The notes beneath the pieces are model-generated. The model saw only the letters and a list, made by a program, of their open reading frames with translations. It searched no databases and was not told where the DNA came from. Shown here piece after piece: positions 1 to 10,462 of a DNA stretch of 64,000 nt. The DNA is from an uncultured Chitinophaga sp. (GTDB taxonomy: Bacteria; Bacteroidota; Bacteroidia; Chitinophagales; Chitinophagaceae). The translations under genes and the position numbers were made by a program. The stretch is taken from positions 34,650 through 98,649 of the forward strand of contig CAZDUO010000005.1 of the NCBI GenBank assembly GCA_964508655.1, in the 5' to 3' direction. Positions within the stretch are counted from its first letter, which is position 1, and each line of letters opens with the position of its first letter.

Positions 1-1374
1 CATGCGGGAGCGGTCCATTTGATTGATGGCATTCCGCACAAGCCGGTCATCGCCGCTGTTGTAATATGAAACCAGCGCCTGAATACGGGTGTCGCCGATG
101 TATTGCAGTTGTTCATAGTAAGGACAATCCATGTAGGTTTCCCATGCACATAGCCGGGCGGTGCGCCAGCCGGTTTCAAAAATCTTATCCAGCAATTTGT
201 CATTTGCATCAAAGGATGCGTTCAGCTGAAAAGGATAACCGGTTAACAGGCTATATATATCTTCTATGACCAGCGGCTCATCTTTGGTAGCCACCTTTAC
301 CTGCACATAGCGAAAGGTTCTAAAGTTCAATGAGCTGAAATGTTGCATGTCTTTACCGCTTGAAATAACACTATCCTTTCTTCCAGCCATGCTTTTTCCT
401 TCCACTTCATCGCGGTTGCCTTTTTTAAATGTTTTACCGGGGCCATCGGGTTTTTCATTAAACAAGGCCTCGGCATAAGTAAGAGAAATGCCTGCATCTT
501 TTCCTTTACTGAAAATTATTTCGGGATAGGCATTGGTAAGAAAAGACTTGTCAAGAAGAAAAGAAACATTTGAATGTGGCGGAATGGTCAGCGGCATTTT
601 TGCAACAGGAAACCCGGCCGGAACCGTGAAGCCTTCTGATTTTCTCACTGATGAAAAGCGCTGCAGCGTCAGTTCCATTTGCGGCAGCGGTGATGGCACG
701 AGCATCCAGTCGGCAATGTCCACTGTGCCTTTGGGTGTGGCGCCGCGCCAACCGATTCTCGTTGCATGGGGCCAGGCACTGTCGTCAAATTCTTTTTTCA
801 TCCAGCCCTGCGGCATCAATTTCATGTCAACCAGCTCGCCGGGGCCGGCCACATAGTAAGTATTGTATCCGATGCCGGTGAGTGGCGAATAGGCCGGATT
901 CTTAAAAACCTTCCAGCTTTGATTTGTATTGATGATTTCTTCGTTGGCTGTATTGCCCTGCAATAAAAAACCTGTGCGGTTTGAAATCTGTCCTTCGGGC
1001 CGGTATTCGCCTTCATTCCATACCACAGCCGCTACAATATTTTCTCCCTGTATAAAATGAGGGGCTATATTCACCGTTTCAAAATTCCAGTAATTCAAAT
1101 CGCTCCTGGCCGGGCCCAGCGAAACCAGCTTTTCATTTACCAGCAAAGCATAGCGGTTGTCGGCCGAAACATGCACAATAAAGGAAGCCGGTTTTTCTGC
1201 CAAAGAAATTTTTTTTCTGAAATAATATACCCCGTAACCTTTTGCCGGCGCATCGGGCGCAGTAATCCAGTAAGCTGACCAATGCCTGCTGAGCAAGGAA
1301 GGATTGATGGTTTGTGAAAAGACATATCCCGGGCAGAATATTAAAATTGCCAGGTTCATTATACTTTTCTTCAT
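1..1374 (-). CDS. alpha-L-rhamnosidase, GH78 family (N-terminal 458 codons; 3' end lies beyond the window edge)
   Basis: Absent from the ORF track because there is no stop inside the window. My reverse-complement translation from the ATG (complement of 1372-1374) stays open to position 1. It reads MKKSIMNLAILIFCPGYVFSQ (signal peptide) ... YFRKKISLAEKPASFIVHVSADNRYALLVNEKLV ... MDCPYYEQLQYIGDTRIQAL. The domain order and the DCP..E....GD motif parallel the adjacent GH78 ORF. Confidence 0.75.
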   Translation of the reverse strand, partial: MKKSIMNLAILIFCPGYVFSQTINPSLLSRHWSAYWITAPDAPAKGYGVYYFRKKISLAEKPASFIVHVSADNRYALLVNEKLVSLGPARSDLNYWNFETVNIAPHFIQGENIVAAVVWNEGEYRPEGQISNRTGFLLQGNTANEEIINTNQSWKVFKNPAYSPLTGIGYNTYYVAGPGELVDMKLMPQGWMKKEFDDSAWPHATRIGWRGATPKGTVDIADWMLVPSPLPQMELTLQRFSSVRKSEGFTVPAGFPVAKMPLTIPPHSNVSFLLDKSFLTNAYPEIIFSKGKDAGISLTYAEALFNEKPDGPGKTFKKGNRDEVEGKSMAGRKDSVISSGKDMQHFSSLNFRTFRYVQVKVATKDEPLVIEDIYSLLTGYPFQLNASFDANDKLLDKIFETGWRTARLCAWETYMDCPYYEQLQYIGDTRIQALVSYYNSGDDRLVRNAINQMDRSRM

Positions 1375-1447
1375 GATAAAACGCTCCGGTGTGTTTTTTT
1401 TACTCAACAGGTATTTTACTGCTTTCGTACAGTAACCCTATAAGGTT

Positions 1448-4150
1448 TTATTTTGAAACTTCAAACTTGTATTTGCCTGAACCAAGTTTTAAAATCACAT
1501 TCCCGTTTTCTGCTGCGGCAAGCTGTATGTCTTTTGATGAAGAAACCGGCATCCCGCTTTCTTTAATCTTTTCTGCTCCTGCAGCAGGCACATACACGGT
1601 TGCTGTTGTATTGGCAGGAATTTCCACGTCTATTAAGATTTTATCTCCTTCCAGCTTCCAGCCACTGATAATTTTGCCATAATAAGTTTGAAGAGTGGCG
1701 GCAGCATGTGTGAGCCCGCCGCCAATATGTGGTTTTATCCTGATATGCTTATAACCCGGGGCATCCTCATACGTATCCAGCCCTGCCATCACCCGGTACA
1801 TCCAGTCGCCGATGGCGCCATAAGCATAATGATTGAATGAATTCATCGTAGGTGTCTGGAAGCTGCTGTCGGGTTTTATACCATCCCAACGTTCCCAGAT
1901 GGTAGTGGCGCCCATCTTTACCGGGTACAACCACGAGGGGTATGTTTCCTGCATTAATAACTGGTAAGCGATATCCGTTTTTCCAAAGCGGCTGAGCACA
2001 TGACATAAATACGGCGTGCCGAGAAAACCGGTGGTAAGATGATTATTGTAGCTCCTGATATTCTGCACCAGTTTTTCCACGGCCTGCTCACGCAGGTTTT
2101 CAGGCAGCATGTCAAAATTCAATGCAAGCACATAAGCCGTTTGTGTGCCTGACACCAGGCGGCCATTGGGCGTCAGGTATTCTTTTACAAAAGCCTCTTT
2201 GATATTTTTTAATAGTTCGGTGTACCTGTCAGCATCATCTTTTTTGCCAAGAATATTTGCCGCATGAATCATGATTTGAACGGAGTTGGCAAAAAAACAT
2301 TGGGCAATCATGTATTTATCAGTCACTGCAGAGCGACCGTCGCGGTCGTCATCCGGATCATAAAACAACCAATCGCCAAAATGAAAGCCGGTATTCCACA
2401 AATAATTCTTGCTGGCCTTCTCCATATAGCCCACCCATGCCTGCATGCTGTTGTACTGGTTTTCCAAAATTTTTTTATCGCCATAAGCCAGGTACATATT
2501 CCAGGGAATAATAGTAGCAGCGTCGGCCCAGCCGGTAGCGCCGCCTGCCATCGGGCCAAGCACATTTGGAATGACAAAAGGCACACTGCCATTGGGTTGC
2601 TGATCGGCTTCCACATCACGCAGCCATTTGGCAAAAAAATTATTGACGCCAAAATTGAAAGCTGCTGTTCTTGAAAAGGCCTGTGCATCGCCGGTCCAGC
2701 CGAGGCGCTCATCCCGCTGCGGGCAATCGGTGGGCACATCGAGAAAATTTCCACGCTGCCCCCACTGAATATTCTGCTGTAATTGATTGAGCAATGCATG
2801 AGAAGATGTAAACGTGCCGGTCGGCTTCATATCCGAATACAGAGCCACTGCCGTAAAATTTTCCGGGATGATTTCATCCACTCCTTCTATCATGATGTAG
2901 CGGAAGCCATAAAAAGTAAAATGCGGTTCAAATGTTTCATCGCTTTTACCGGATAAAATATAAGTAGCTGTTGCTTTGGCCACACGGAGGTTATCGGTAT
3001 AAAAATTTCCCTCTTTGTCCAGCACTTCGGCATGATAAATTTTAACAGTATCGCCTGCATTGCCTTTCGCTTTTACCAGTACCCAGCCCACAAGATTCTG
3101 CCCGAAGTCAATCACCTTTTCTCCTCTGGGAGTTGTAATAACTTTCACCGGTTTGAAACGCTCCTGTTTTTTTACGGGTTCATTGTATGTGGCCAGTAAA
3201 TTATCAAAAGCATGGCCGGCGGTTTTCACATCGCTCCACCCGGCATCATTGTAGCCGGCTGTTGACCAGCCGGTTTTTTCTTCCCTTGCATCAATGGTTT
3301 CGCCGTGATAAATTTCTGCATAGCGGATAGCGCCTGTGGATGATTTCCATGTCTCATCCGATACAATGGAAGCGGTAGTCCCATCTGAGTAGGTAATATC
3401 GAGCTGAAACAATATGGCGAGTTTTTTTCCATACACATTTTTATTGCCGCTCCAGGCAAGAAAGCCGCGGTACCATCCGTTGCCAGCCATTACTCCTATC
3501 GCATTATTGCCGCTGCTTAGCAGCCCGGTAACATCATACACCTGGTACTGCAGCCGCTTGTTGTAGCTGGTCCAGCCGGGGGTGAGGTAATAATCACCCA
3601 CCCGTTGGCCATTTATCTGTGCTTCGTACATGCCGTGAGCGGTGATGTACGCTGTGGCGGAAACAATCTTTTTACTGACGGAAAAATTTTTTCTGAAATA
3701 CTGTGCCGGCCGGTTGATGGAGTCTTCGGTAAAGCCTGCTTCAATCCATTTTGCTTTCCAGGCTGATTTATCAAAAAATGCAGTTTGAAAAAATGCCGGT
3801 TCACTCCATGGCGATGCTTTGCCGTCATTGTCCCACACACGTACCTGCCATGTATATTTTTTGCCTGATTGCAATGCGGCGCCTCCATAAGGCACCTGTA
3901 CCGATTGGTCGCTCATTATCTTCCCGCTTTTCCACACAGTAGTTTTCCCGGAGCGGATATTTATTTCATACGATGTTTGCAACACATTCCGGCGGTCGCT
4001 TACAAGTTGCCAGCTGAACCGCGGCTGCTGCACATCAATGCCAACTGGGTTTTCGAGATTTTCGCAAAGCAAGTTATCAACTTTCACCTGGGCATTGAGG
4101 GAAATTTCAAATACAAGCTGGCATATAACGGCAAGTACAATTTTTTTCAT
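1448..4150 (-). CDS. alpha-L-rhamnosidase, GH78 family
   Basis: Based on the 961-aa track ORF. Motifs seen: PRFSWQL, KYTWQVRVWD, AKWIEA, YFRKNF, YITAHGMYEAQINGQRVGD, DCPQRDERLGWTGDAQ. I place the start at internal M62 (MKKIVLAVICQLVFEISLNAQ, signal peptide; cat at 4148-4150). The longer ORF would overlap uxuA. Confidence 0.88.
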   Translation of the reverse strand: MKKIVLAVICQLVFEISLNAQVKVDNLLCENLENPVGIDVQQPRFSWQLVSDRRNVLQTSYEINIRSGKTTVWKSGKIMSDQSVQVPYGGAALQSGKKYTWQVRVWDNDGKASPWSEPAFFQTAFFDKSAWKAKWIEAGFTEDSINRPAQYFRKNFSVSKKIVSATAYITAHGMYEAQINGQRVGDYYLTPGWTSYNKRLQYQVYDVTGLLSSGNNAIGVMAGNGWYRGFLAWSGNKNVYGKKLAILFQLDITYSDGTTASIVSDETWKSSTGAIRYAEIYHGETIDAREEKTGWSTAGYNDAGWSDVKTAGHAFDNLLATYNEPVKKQERFKPVKVITTPRGEKVIDFGQNLVGWVLVKAKGNAGDTVKIYHAEVLDKEGNFYTDNLRVAKATATYILSGKSDETFEPHFTFYGFRYIMIEGVDEIIPENFTAVALYSDMKPTGTFTSSHALLNQLQQNIQWGQRGNFLDVPTDCPQRDERLGWTGDAQAFSRTAAFNFGVNNFFAKWLRDVEADQQPNGSVPFVIPNVLGPMAGGATGWADAATIIPWNMYLAYGDKKILENQYNSMQAWVGYMEKASKNYLWNTGFHFGDWLFYDPDDDRDGRSAVTDKYMIAQCFFANSVQIMIHAANILGKKDDADRYTELLKNIKEAFVKEYLTPNGRLVSGTQTAYVLALNFDMLPENLREQAVEKLVQNIRSYNNHLTTGFLGTPYLCHVLSRFGKTDIAYQLLMQETYPSWLYPVKMGATTIWERWDGIKPDSSFQTPTMNSFNHYAYGAIGDWMYRVMAGLDTYEDAPGYKHIRIKPHIGGGLTHAAATLQTYYGKIISGWKLEGDKILIDVEIPANTTATVYVPAAGAEKIKESGMPVSSSKDIQLAAAENGNVILKLGSGKYKFEVSK

Positions 4151-4307
4151 CGCAGAAATTTTAAACAGATAAGTTAGGAAATCTTCCGTAAAGTTATGGG
4201 CCGGTACAGGATAACTGTCATGCAGCATCCTGCCACCTGCTTGTTTTTCTGTATGGTTAAAAAAACCATTTCCTTCCGGTTTTATCAAAATAAAATTTTT
4301 GCGTGCT

Positions 4308-5480
4308 TCAGCTAAGTGAAAGACATTTTGCAATACCCAGTTCCATCCCTCTTATTTCAGCCAGGCCCCTTAACCGGCCGATGGCTGAATAACCAGGATA
4401 GGTTTTCTTTTTCAGGTCATCCAGCATCTGGTGGCCGTGATCAGGCCGCATGGGAATGGAAACTTTTCTGCGCTGCATTATCAGTAATACTTCTTTGATG
4501 ACAGCATACATGTCGGTGTCGCCGTCGAGATGGTCGGCTTCAAAAAAATTTCCTTCGGCATCACGCTTTGTATTGCGCAAATGAAGAAAGTGAATATGAT
4601 CGCCAAAACGCCTGACCATTTTTGGCAAATTGTTATCGGGTCTTACGCCGTATGAACCTGTACAAAAACATAAACCATTTGCTGGTGAAGGCGCAGCATC
4701 CAGCAAATCGGCGGCATCCTGCTCCGTGCTTACAATCCGGGGCAATCCTAAAACAGGATACGGCGGATCGTCGGGATGAATGGCCATTTGCAAACCATTT
4801 TTTTCTGCCACCGGCACTACCTGCTGCAGAAAATAAAAAAGATGCTGCTTGAGTTTAACCGCATCAATATGACTGTACGTTTTAAGAGCTTCCAGAATTT
4901 GCTCCACGGTAAATTGCTCTTTACTGCCGGGCAAACCAAGCAATGTATTGCGGAAAAGGGTTTCAATTTCTTCCGACGTCATTGTTTGCAGTCGCTCTTC
5001 CGCTTTCTTTATTTCTTCTTTCGAATAATCTTTTTCCGCACCCGGCCTTTTCAGCAGAAATAAATCAAAGGCGATAAATGCAGCCCGTTCAAAACGCAAG
5101 GCCTTGCTGCCGTCGGGCATGGTGTAAGAAATATCCGTCCGCATCCAGTCGAGGATGGGCATGAAATTATAGGTGACCACTTTCAGCCCGCATTGGGCCA
5201 CATGGCGCAGGCTCTGCTTATAGTTTTCAATGTGCTGTTTGTAATGGCCGGTTTGCTTTTTGATATCTTCACTCACCGGCAGGCTTTCAATCACCGTCCA
5301 TGTCATGCCGGCGGCTTCCACCTGTTCTTTTCTTTTAATGATTTCATCCACCGGCCACACTTCGCCTACGGGAATATAATGAAGCGCCGTAACCACTCCT
5401 GCGCAACCGGCCTGTCGGATATCCGATAAACTCACCGGGTCATCAGGCCCGTACCAGCGCATGGTTTGGTGCATCAGCAT
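4308..5480 (-). CDS. uxuA: mannonate dehydratase
   Basis: 390 aa. The N-terminus [19 protein letters not shown], the HFLHLRN motif and the length are typical of UxuA. Function is the glucuronate catabolic step D-mannonate to KDG. Confidence 0.88.
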   Translation of the reverse strand: MLMHQTMRWYGPDDPVSLSDIRQAGCAGVVTALHYIPVGEVWPVDEIIKRKEQVEAAGMTWTVIESLPVSEDIKKQTGHYKQHIENYKQSLRHVAQCGLKVVTYNFMPILDWMRTDISYTMPDGSKALRFERAAFIAFDLFLLKRPGAEKDYSKEEIKKAEERLQTMTSEEIETLFRNTLLGLPGSKEQFTVEQILEALKTYSHIDAVKLKQHLFYFLQQVVPVAEKNGLQMAIHPDDPPYPVLGLPRIVSTEQDAADLLDAAPSPANGLCFCTGSYGVRPDNNLPKMVRRFGDHIHFLHLRNTKRDAEGNFFEADHLDGDTDMYAVIKEVLLIMQRRKVSIPMRPDHGHQMLDDLKKKTYPGYSAIGRLRGLAEIRGMELGIAKCLSLS

Positions 5481-5547
5481 AGTAATTCTTAAGATTATTG
5501 ATTATTCATTCAGTTCGAATTTCCGGCATCAGACTTCCGAAATCAAA

Positions 5548-7302
5548 CTATCCCCTGAAATACAAATACGCTGCCAGTATCAAAGCCAGCACGAGTGCAG
5601 ACAGCAATACTTCTTTGGCGCCCCAGCTTGCTTTGTTGATTTTCCTGTCTTCATCAGATAAAGTAGAAAAGGTGAGGCCACTGATTTTTGCATAATCAGG
5701 CTTTTTACCTGCATAGCTCACCATGATGAAAACAATAATACAGACAATTGTTATCAGCAGACTATAATACTGGAAAAAGATATTGTTTACAATCCACAAA
5801 AAAGAACCTTCACTGTAAGAAAAGCCGCCAATCAGTTTTACCGGCGTGTCAACAATGAGGCGGAACAGGCCCATTGCTATGCCGGTTATTAGTGTGGCAA
5901 TACATCCGGCAGCATTCATCCGTTTCATAAAAATGCCGAAGAAGAAAACAACAAAGATGGGCGGCGCCAGGTAAGCCTGAACACCCTGCAGGTAATCGTA
6001 CAATCCTTTTCCGCCCTGAATTACCGGTATCCATGCAAGTCCTATCAGCACCATCACACCAGTAGCCACTCTGCCAATCCACACCAGCTTGTGTTGCGAA
6101 GCATTGGGCCGGAAGCGGGAATAAAAATCCATAGTGAACAAAGTGGATGAGGCGTTGAACACTCCCGCCAGTGAACTCATAAGCGCTGCCAGCAAACCGG
6201 CCACCACGATACCTCTTACACCAACCGGCAACACATTTATCACCAATAGAGGAAATGCCTGCTGTGCATTATCTCTTATCACATTTCCCTGTGCATCGAT
6301 CAAAGCAGTTTGTAATGCGGTTACCTGGCCGCTTTTTGCCAGCGCAAAACATATAATGCCGGGAATAATAAAAATGAATACAGGCAATAATTTTAAAAAA
6401 GCGGCAAAAATGGAACCGCGTCTTGCTTCCTTTACCGAAGGAGCACCCAGAGTTCGCTGCACTATATACTGGTCGGTGCACCAGTACCAAAGCCCGATGA
6501 TGGGCGCACAAAAAAGCATGCCCACCCAGGGATAATTATCATTAAAATACCAGGCGGCACGCCCGGCTTCTTTCACCGGCGCCCAGGTGCCTTCGGTACC
6601 GGCGGGTACGATGGGTTTCCAGAGATTGAACATCTCGCTGCCGGTAATTTCTTTCAGTTCACTCCAGCCGCCCAGCGCTTTTAATCCATAATAAGTAACG
6701 AGGAAGGAACCCAAAATCAAAACGATAGTTTGAATGGCTTCGGTGTAAGCCACCGCCCTCAGCCCACCGATGATAGTATAGATGCCGGTAAGCACTATAA
6801 CAAGAATGGAACCTATCCAGAAACTGTTTAATCCCCAAAAATTCACATCGGGCAGCAATACGCTGAAAACAATTCCACCGGCAAAAATGCCGACAGCAAT
6901 TTTGGTAAGGATATAAGCGATGAGTGAAATAACCGAAAGAATGGTGCGTGCCTTTGGTGAAAATCTTTTTTCAAGAAATTCAGGCATGGTAAATACTTTA
7001 GAACGCATATAGAAAGGCACCATCACCCAGGCCAGCACCAAAAGACACCAGGCATGCAATTCATAATGTGCCAGCGCCACACCATCGGTAGCGCCGGAGC
7101 CGGCCAGGCCTACAAGATGTTCCGAACCAATATTGGAAGCAAAGATGGAAGCGCCGATAATGAACCAGCCGAGGTGACGCCCGGCAAGAAAATAATCTTC
7201 CGCCGAATCTTTTTTCTTTTTTAATGCCCACCAGGAGATGCCGGCAATAACGGCAAAATACAGGACGACTACAAGCCAGTCCCAGCCTGTAATAAAATTC
7301 AT
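5548..7302 (-). CDS. sodium:solute symporter family (SGLT-like) sugar transporter, probably pentose uptake
   Basis: 584 aa and highly hydrophobic, with many predicted TM segments. SSF-type N-terminus: DYFLAGRHLGWFIIGASIFASNIGSEHLVGLAGSG. It lies directly downstream of xylA. Confidence 0.85.
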   Translation of the reverse strand: MNFITGWDWLVVVLYFAVIAGISWWALKKKKDSAEDYFLAGRHLGWFIIGASIFASNIGSEHLVGLAGSGATDGVALAHYELHAWCLLVLAWVMVPFYMRSKVFTMPEFLEKRFSPKARTILSVISLIAYILTKIAVGIFAGGIVFSVLLPDVNFWGLNSFWIGSILVIVLTGIYTIIGGLRAVAYTEAIQTIVLILGSFLVTYYGLKALGGWSELKEITGSEMFNLWKPIVPAGTEGTWAPVKEAGRAAWYFNDNYPWVGMLFCAPIIGLWYWCTDQYIVQRTLGAPSVKEARRGSIFAAFLKLLPVFIFIIPGIICFALAKSGQVTALQTALIDAQGNVIRDNAQQAFPLLVINVLPVGVRGIVVAGLLAALMSSLAGVFNASSTLFTMDFYSRFRPNASQHKLVWIGRVATGVMVLIGLAWIPVIQGGKGLYDYLQGVQAYLAPPIFVVFFFGIFMKRMNAAGCIATLITGIAMGLFRLIVDTPVKLIGGFSYSEGSFLWIVNNIFFQYYSLLITIVCIIVFIMVSYAGKKPDYAKISGLTFSTLSDEDRKINKASWGAKEVLLSALVLALILAAYLYFRG

Positions 7303-7426
7303 AAGCGTTGATTTTATTTTTAGTGAAACTCAAAAGCCAGACGTAAAACAAAAGCCCGGAAGTTTCACCTTTCAACCTTCTTCGCCAGGGCTTTTGAAGG
7401 CAAACATATCACGACTCACGATATAA

Positions 7427-8755
7427 TCAAATATACCTGTTGATAATATTCTCCAGCCACTCCTGCCGGCCGCTGCGCATGACCGGTTCGCCGTTTTCAA
7501 TGGCGTAAGTTCTCAGGTCTTCCAGTGACAACTTTCCTTCTTCAAATTCTTTTCCTTTGCCGCTGTCGAATGTAGCATATCTTTCTTTTCTGAACTTCCG
7601 GTAATCAGATTTATTTAAAATATTGTCGGCAACAATCAATGCTCTTGCAAAAGCATCCATGCCGCCGATATGGGCATGAAAGAGGTCTTCGACATTAGTG
7701 GAGTTGCGGCGCACCTTAGCATCGAAGTTGATACCGCCTCCCTTAAAGCCACCTGCTTCTGTTATCACCAGCATGGCTTCCACCAGCTCATTAATGTTAT
7801 TGGGAAACTGGTCGGTGTCCCAGCCGTTCTGGTAATCGCCACGATTGGCATCCATGCTGCCCAGCAGGCCGGCATCGGCGGCACATTGCAGTTCGTGAGT
7901 AAAAGAATGCCCCGCCAGCGTGGCATGATTCACTTCTACGTTCAGTTTGAAATCATTCAGCAAATCGTACTGGCGCAGAAAACCGATGACGGTTTCCACA
8001 TCATAATCATACTGGTGCTTGCTCGGCTCACAAGGCTTGGGCTCAATGAAGAATGTTCCTTTAAATCCGTTTCTTCTTGCATAGTCTTTTGCCGCATGTA
8101 AAAATTTTGCAAGGTGTTCTTTTTCCCGTTTCATGTCTGTGTTCAGCAAACTCATATAACCTTCTCTCCCGCCCCAGAACACATAATTTTCGCCACCGAG
8201 TGCAATAGTGGCATCCAGCGCAGCCTTTACCTGGGCCGCTGCATGAGTGAGTACATGAAAATCGGGATTGGTAGCGGCCCCGTTCATATATCTTCTGTTG
8301 GAAAAAAGATTGGCTGTGCCCCAGAGCAGTTTTACCCCTGTTTCTTCCTGTTTTTCTTTCAGGTAATCCGTTATGGCCTGCAGCCTCCGTTCGTTTTCCA
8401 TTACATCATTGGTGTAATCCACGGCATCTACATCGTGAAAGCAGTAATAGGGTATGCCAAGTTTTGTAATAAATTCAAAAGCCGCATCGGCTTTATCTTT
8501 TGCTCTCTCTACCGGATCGCTTTTTTCATTCCAGGCAAACAGGTGCGTAGGTTCGCCAAAGGGGTCGGCGCCGCTGCCGCAGAAGCTGTGCCAGTAGGCG
8601 CAGGCAAACCGCAGCCAGTCTTTCATGGTTTTGCCGGCCACTGCTTTATTTTCATCATACCAGCGGAAGGCAAGGGGGTTGTCTGTGTCTTGTCCTTCAT
8701 ATTTAATGGCGGGAACTTTTCGGAAAAATTCTTTTTTGAGTGTAGCGACGTTCAT
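7427..8755 (-). CDS. xylA: xylose isomerase
   Basis: Motifs seen: [58 protein letters not shown] place the start at [11 protein letters not shown] (cat at 8753-8755). The 19-codon upstream extension looks non-native. Confidence 0.93.
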   Translation of the reverse strand: MNVATLKKEFFRKVPAIKYEGQDTDNPLAFRWYDENKAVAGKTMKDWLRFACAYWHSFCGSGADPFGEPTHLFAWNEKSDPVERAKDKADAAFEFITKLGIPYYCFHDVDAVDYTNDVMENERRLQAITDYLKEKQEETGVKLLWGTANLFSNRRYMNGAATNPDFHVLTHAAAQVKAALDATIALGGENYVFWGGREGYMSLLNTDMKREKEHLAKFLHAAKDYARRNGFKGTFFIEPKPCEPSKHQYDYDVETVIGFLRQYDLLNDFKLNVEVNHATLAGHSFTHELQCAADAGLLGSMDANRGDYQNGWDTDQFPNNINELVEAMLVITEAGGFKGGGINFDAKVRRNSTNVEDLFHAHIGGMDAFARALIVADNILNKSDYRKFRKERYATFDSGKGKEFEEGKLSLEDLRTYAIENGEPVMRSGRQEWLENIINRYI

Positions 8756-8812
8756 ACTGTTAAATTTAATTGAGGGGCATAAAAATAAACTTTTTTTTCC
8801 AAATGAAAACAA

Positions 8813-8838
8813 AGGAAGGATGAAGAATCATCCCTCCT
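8813..8838 (-). terminator. intrinsic terminator hairpin downstream of the GH30 gene (copy 1 of a repeated stem-loop)
   Basis: Minus-strand RNA reads AGGAGGGAUGA-UUCU-UCAUCCUUCCU: an 11-bp stem including one G-U pair, with a 4-nt loop. It is followed by UUUGUUUUCAUUU. On the plus strand the same position would be an A-C mismatch. Confidence 0.6.
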
Positions 8839-8984
8839 GATGCTTGCTTATATTATGCAAAACGGAAAAAGTTTTTCAATGGGTTTATAAAAATTCTGTC
8901 AGTATTTTTATTTTTTCAATTATTTTCTGTGCTTGCCCTTACCTCTGTCCTGTTTAACAGGATTATTAAATCTTTTCCTGCCTG

Positions 8985-10244
8985 TTATTGCTCAACAAAA
9001 GTGGTTATACTGTAAGGGGGCAAGGAATGAACAAAGCTGTTATAGGCAGCCGTTATTTTTGCACCTTCCAGTACATTGGAACCGGAAGCAGTAGCATAAG
9101 GTATAACCTCACTTATCGTTGCATCCTGGAATGAAATTTTCTGCTTTACCTCTGTGCCGCGAATATTGATGGCTACAACGATTTTCTTATTCCCGTTTTT
9201 ATAAGCTGAAACATAAACACCCGATAAACTATTTTCTGTAGTTCCAAGGCGGATTGACCCGGGTTTGATAAACCGGGCAAAATGCGAGATGACGTATCCC
9301 CGCTTTGTTACGATTCCATCCTGCCCGATGGGTCCATAAAACCGTTTTCCATACCACCAGATATAAGCATTGAAATTTGCTTTAGCCAGGCAATCATGAA
9401 TTTCAACGGTGGTGTTCAGGCTGGCAGTGTAGGAAGTATCTGTATCCAGGTGTTCTGTCATCCACACTTCTTTGCCTTTATTCTTTGCCAGTTGGTTTTC
9501 CACTATTCCGCTGCCATAGATGTGGCCACCTGCAATATCCAGGTTGGCTGCCGCAGCATCATCTGCTAAAATGGTATTGACATAATTCTGATTATTATTA
9601 AATGATTCCGGGGCCATCACATTTGTATTGGTTATAAGATGCCCGTGATTCTTCAGAAAAACCCGCATTTCATCGGCTGTCCAACTACAACTTTCATAGG
9701 TTACCTGGATGTCCGGTTCATTTTGAACTGATATGGCATATAATGCAGCCCCGTTAGCCGCCATATAGTTTGCAAAATCATTCAAATACTTTGCATAGGC
9801 TGCCCCGCTGTCGGGAATTAATGAGCCGCCGACAAGATTGTTATTGGTTTTCATGGCAGGTGGCGGGCTCCATGGCGTGGCAATCACTCTTGCTCCCCGC
9901 TGTATGGCTGCCTTTGCATAATTCAATTCGACCAATCGCCATGCATCATCGGTTGCCACTCTTATTCTAAGAATATTCAACCCTACCTGGCCATTGGCAG
10001 CGCCAAATAGCCGGTCAAACTCGTCGCTGGTCAAAGGAGTGGTGTTGGGCGGATTGAAAACCGTAGCACAACCAAAACCCTGGATCGTTTGTTTGATGTC
10101 ATTTCCTAAAACTGTTATTTCAGCTGTAACAGGCGGAATAGAAACAGGTCCGCTATTGTTGTTGTCACTTTTATTAGAACATGAAAGCAACAATAAAACC
10201 ATTGCAAGTAGCTGTCCCATTTTATTCAATGACTGATTCATCAA
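8985..10244 (-). CDS. GH30 subfamily-8-like glucuronoxylan-specific endo-beta-1,4-xylanase (XynC-like), lipoprotein
   Basis: 419 aa with a lipobox (LLLLSCSN). Motifs seen: QTIQGFG, LNILRIRV, PWSPPPAMK, LYAISVQNEPD, VWMTEH, YIWWYGKRFYGPIGQDGIVTKRGY, VYVSAYKNGNKKIVVAINI. From memory it is collinear with Bacillus XynC. Confidence 0.85.
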   Translation of the reverse strand: MMNQSLNKMGQLLAMVLLLLSCSNKSDNNNSGPVSIPPVTAEITVLGNDIKQTIQGFGCATVFNPPNTTPLTSDEFDRLFGAANGQVGLNILRIRVATDDAWRLVELNYAKAAIQRGARVIATPWSPPPAMKTNNNLVGGSLIPDSGAAYAKYLNDFANYMAANGAALYAISVQNEPDIQVTYESCSWTADEMRVFLKNHGHLITNTNVMAPESFNNNQNYVNTILADDAAAANLDIAGGHIYGSGIVENQLAKNKGKEVWMTEHLDTDTSYTASLNTTVEIHDCLAKANFNAYIWWYGKRFYGPIGQDGIVTKRGYVISHFARFIKPGSIRLGTTENSLSGVYVSAYKNGNKKIVVAINIRGTEVKQKISFQDATISEVIPYATASGSNVLEGAKITAAYNSFVHSLPPYSITTFVEQ

Positions 10245-10360
10245 TTCATTTGGTTTTTATTTCCACAACCGCGGGTTTTAAACCATCGGCTGATGTCTAT
10301 TAATTTAATAAGTTAAAATGCACAATATGGAATGAGTCTTGAAATTTAATTTTAAAATAA

Positions 10361-10386
10361 AGGAAGGATGAAGAATCACCCCTCCT
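10361..10386 (-). terminator. intrinsic terminator hairpin downstream of the DUF255 gene (copy 2 of the repeated stem-loop)
   Basis: Minus-strand RNA reads AGGAGGGGUGA-UUCU-UCAUCCUUCCU: an 11-bp stem with two G-U pairs, followed by UUAUUUUAAAAUU. It matches the 8813-8838 element at 25 of 26 positions. Confidence 0.6.
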
Positions 10387-10462
10387 TACTAATGCTTAGC
10401 CCTTCGGCTCTGCTGTATGTAAAATCCTACTTCTAGTCTCATTTTATGTTTCTCTATGATAC

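Noticed and set aside
2264-2799. Overlapping 136-aa (+) and 158-aa (-) ORFs inside the GH78 gene
   Set aside because: They are alternative or antisense frames within a 900-aa ORF that carries GH78 motifs throughout.
4151-4333. N-terminal 61-codon extension of the GH78 track ORF
   Set aside because: It would overlap the uxuA 3' end by 26 nt and precede the obvious signal peptide MKKIVLAV. The internal ATG at 4150 was preferred.
7351-7394. Stem-loop between xylA and the symporter gene (AAAGCCC...GGGCTTT followed by a UGUUUU stretch on the minus strand)
   Set aside because: It has only a 7-bp stem with a ~30-nt loop and a weak U-tract. That is too weak to call a terminator or attenuator without data.
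8114-8773. 219-aa plus-strand ORF inside xylA
   Set aside because: It is antisense to an unmistakable xylose isomerase, and its composition is typical of shadow ORFs.
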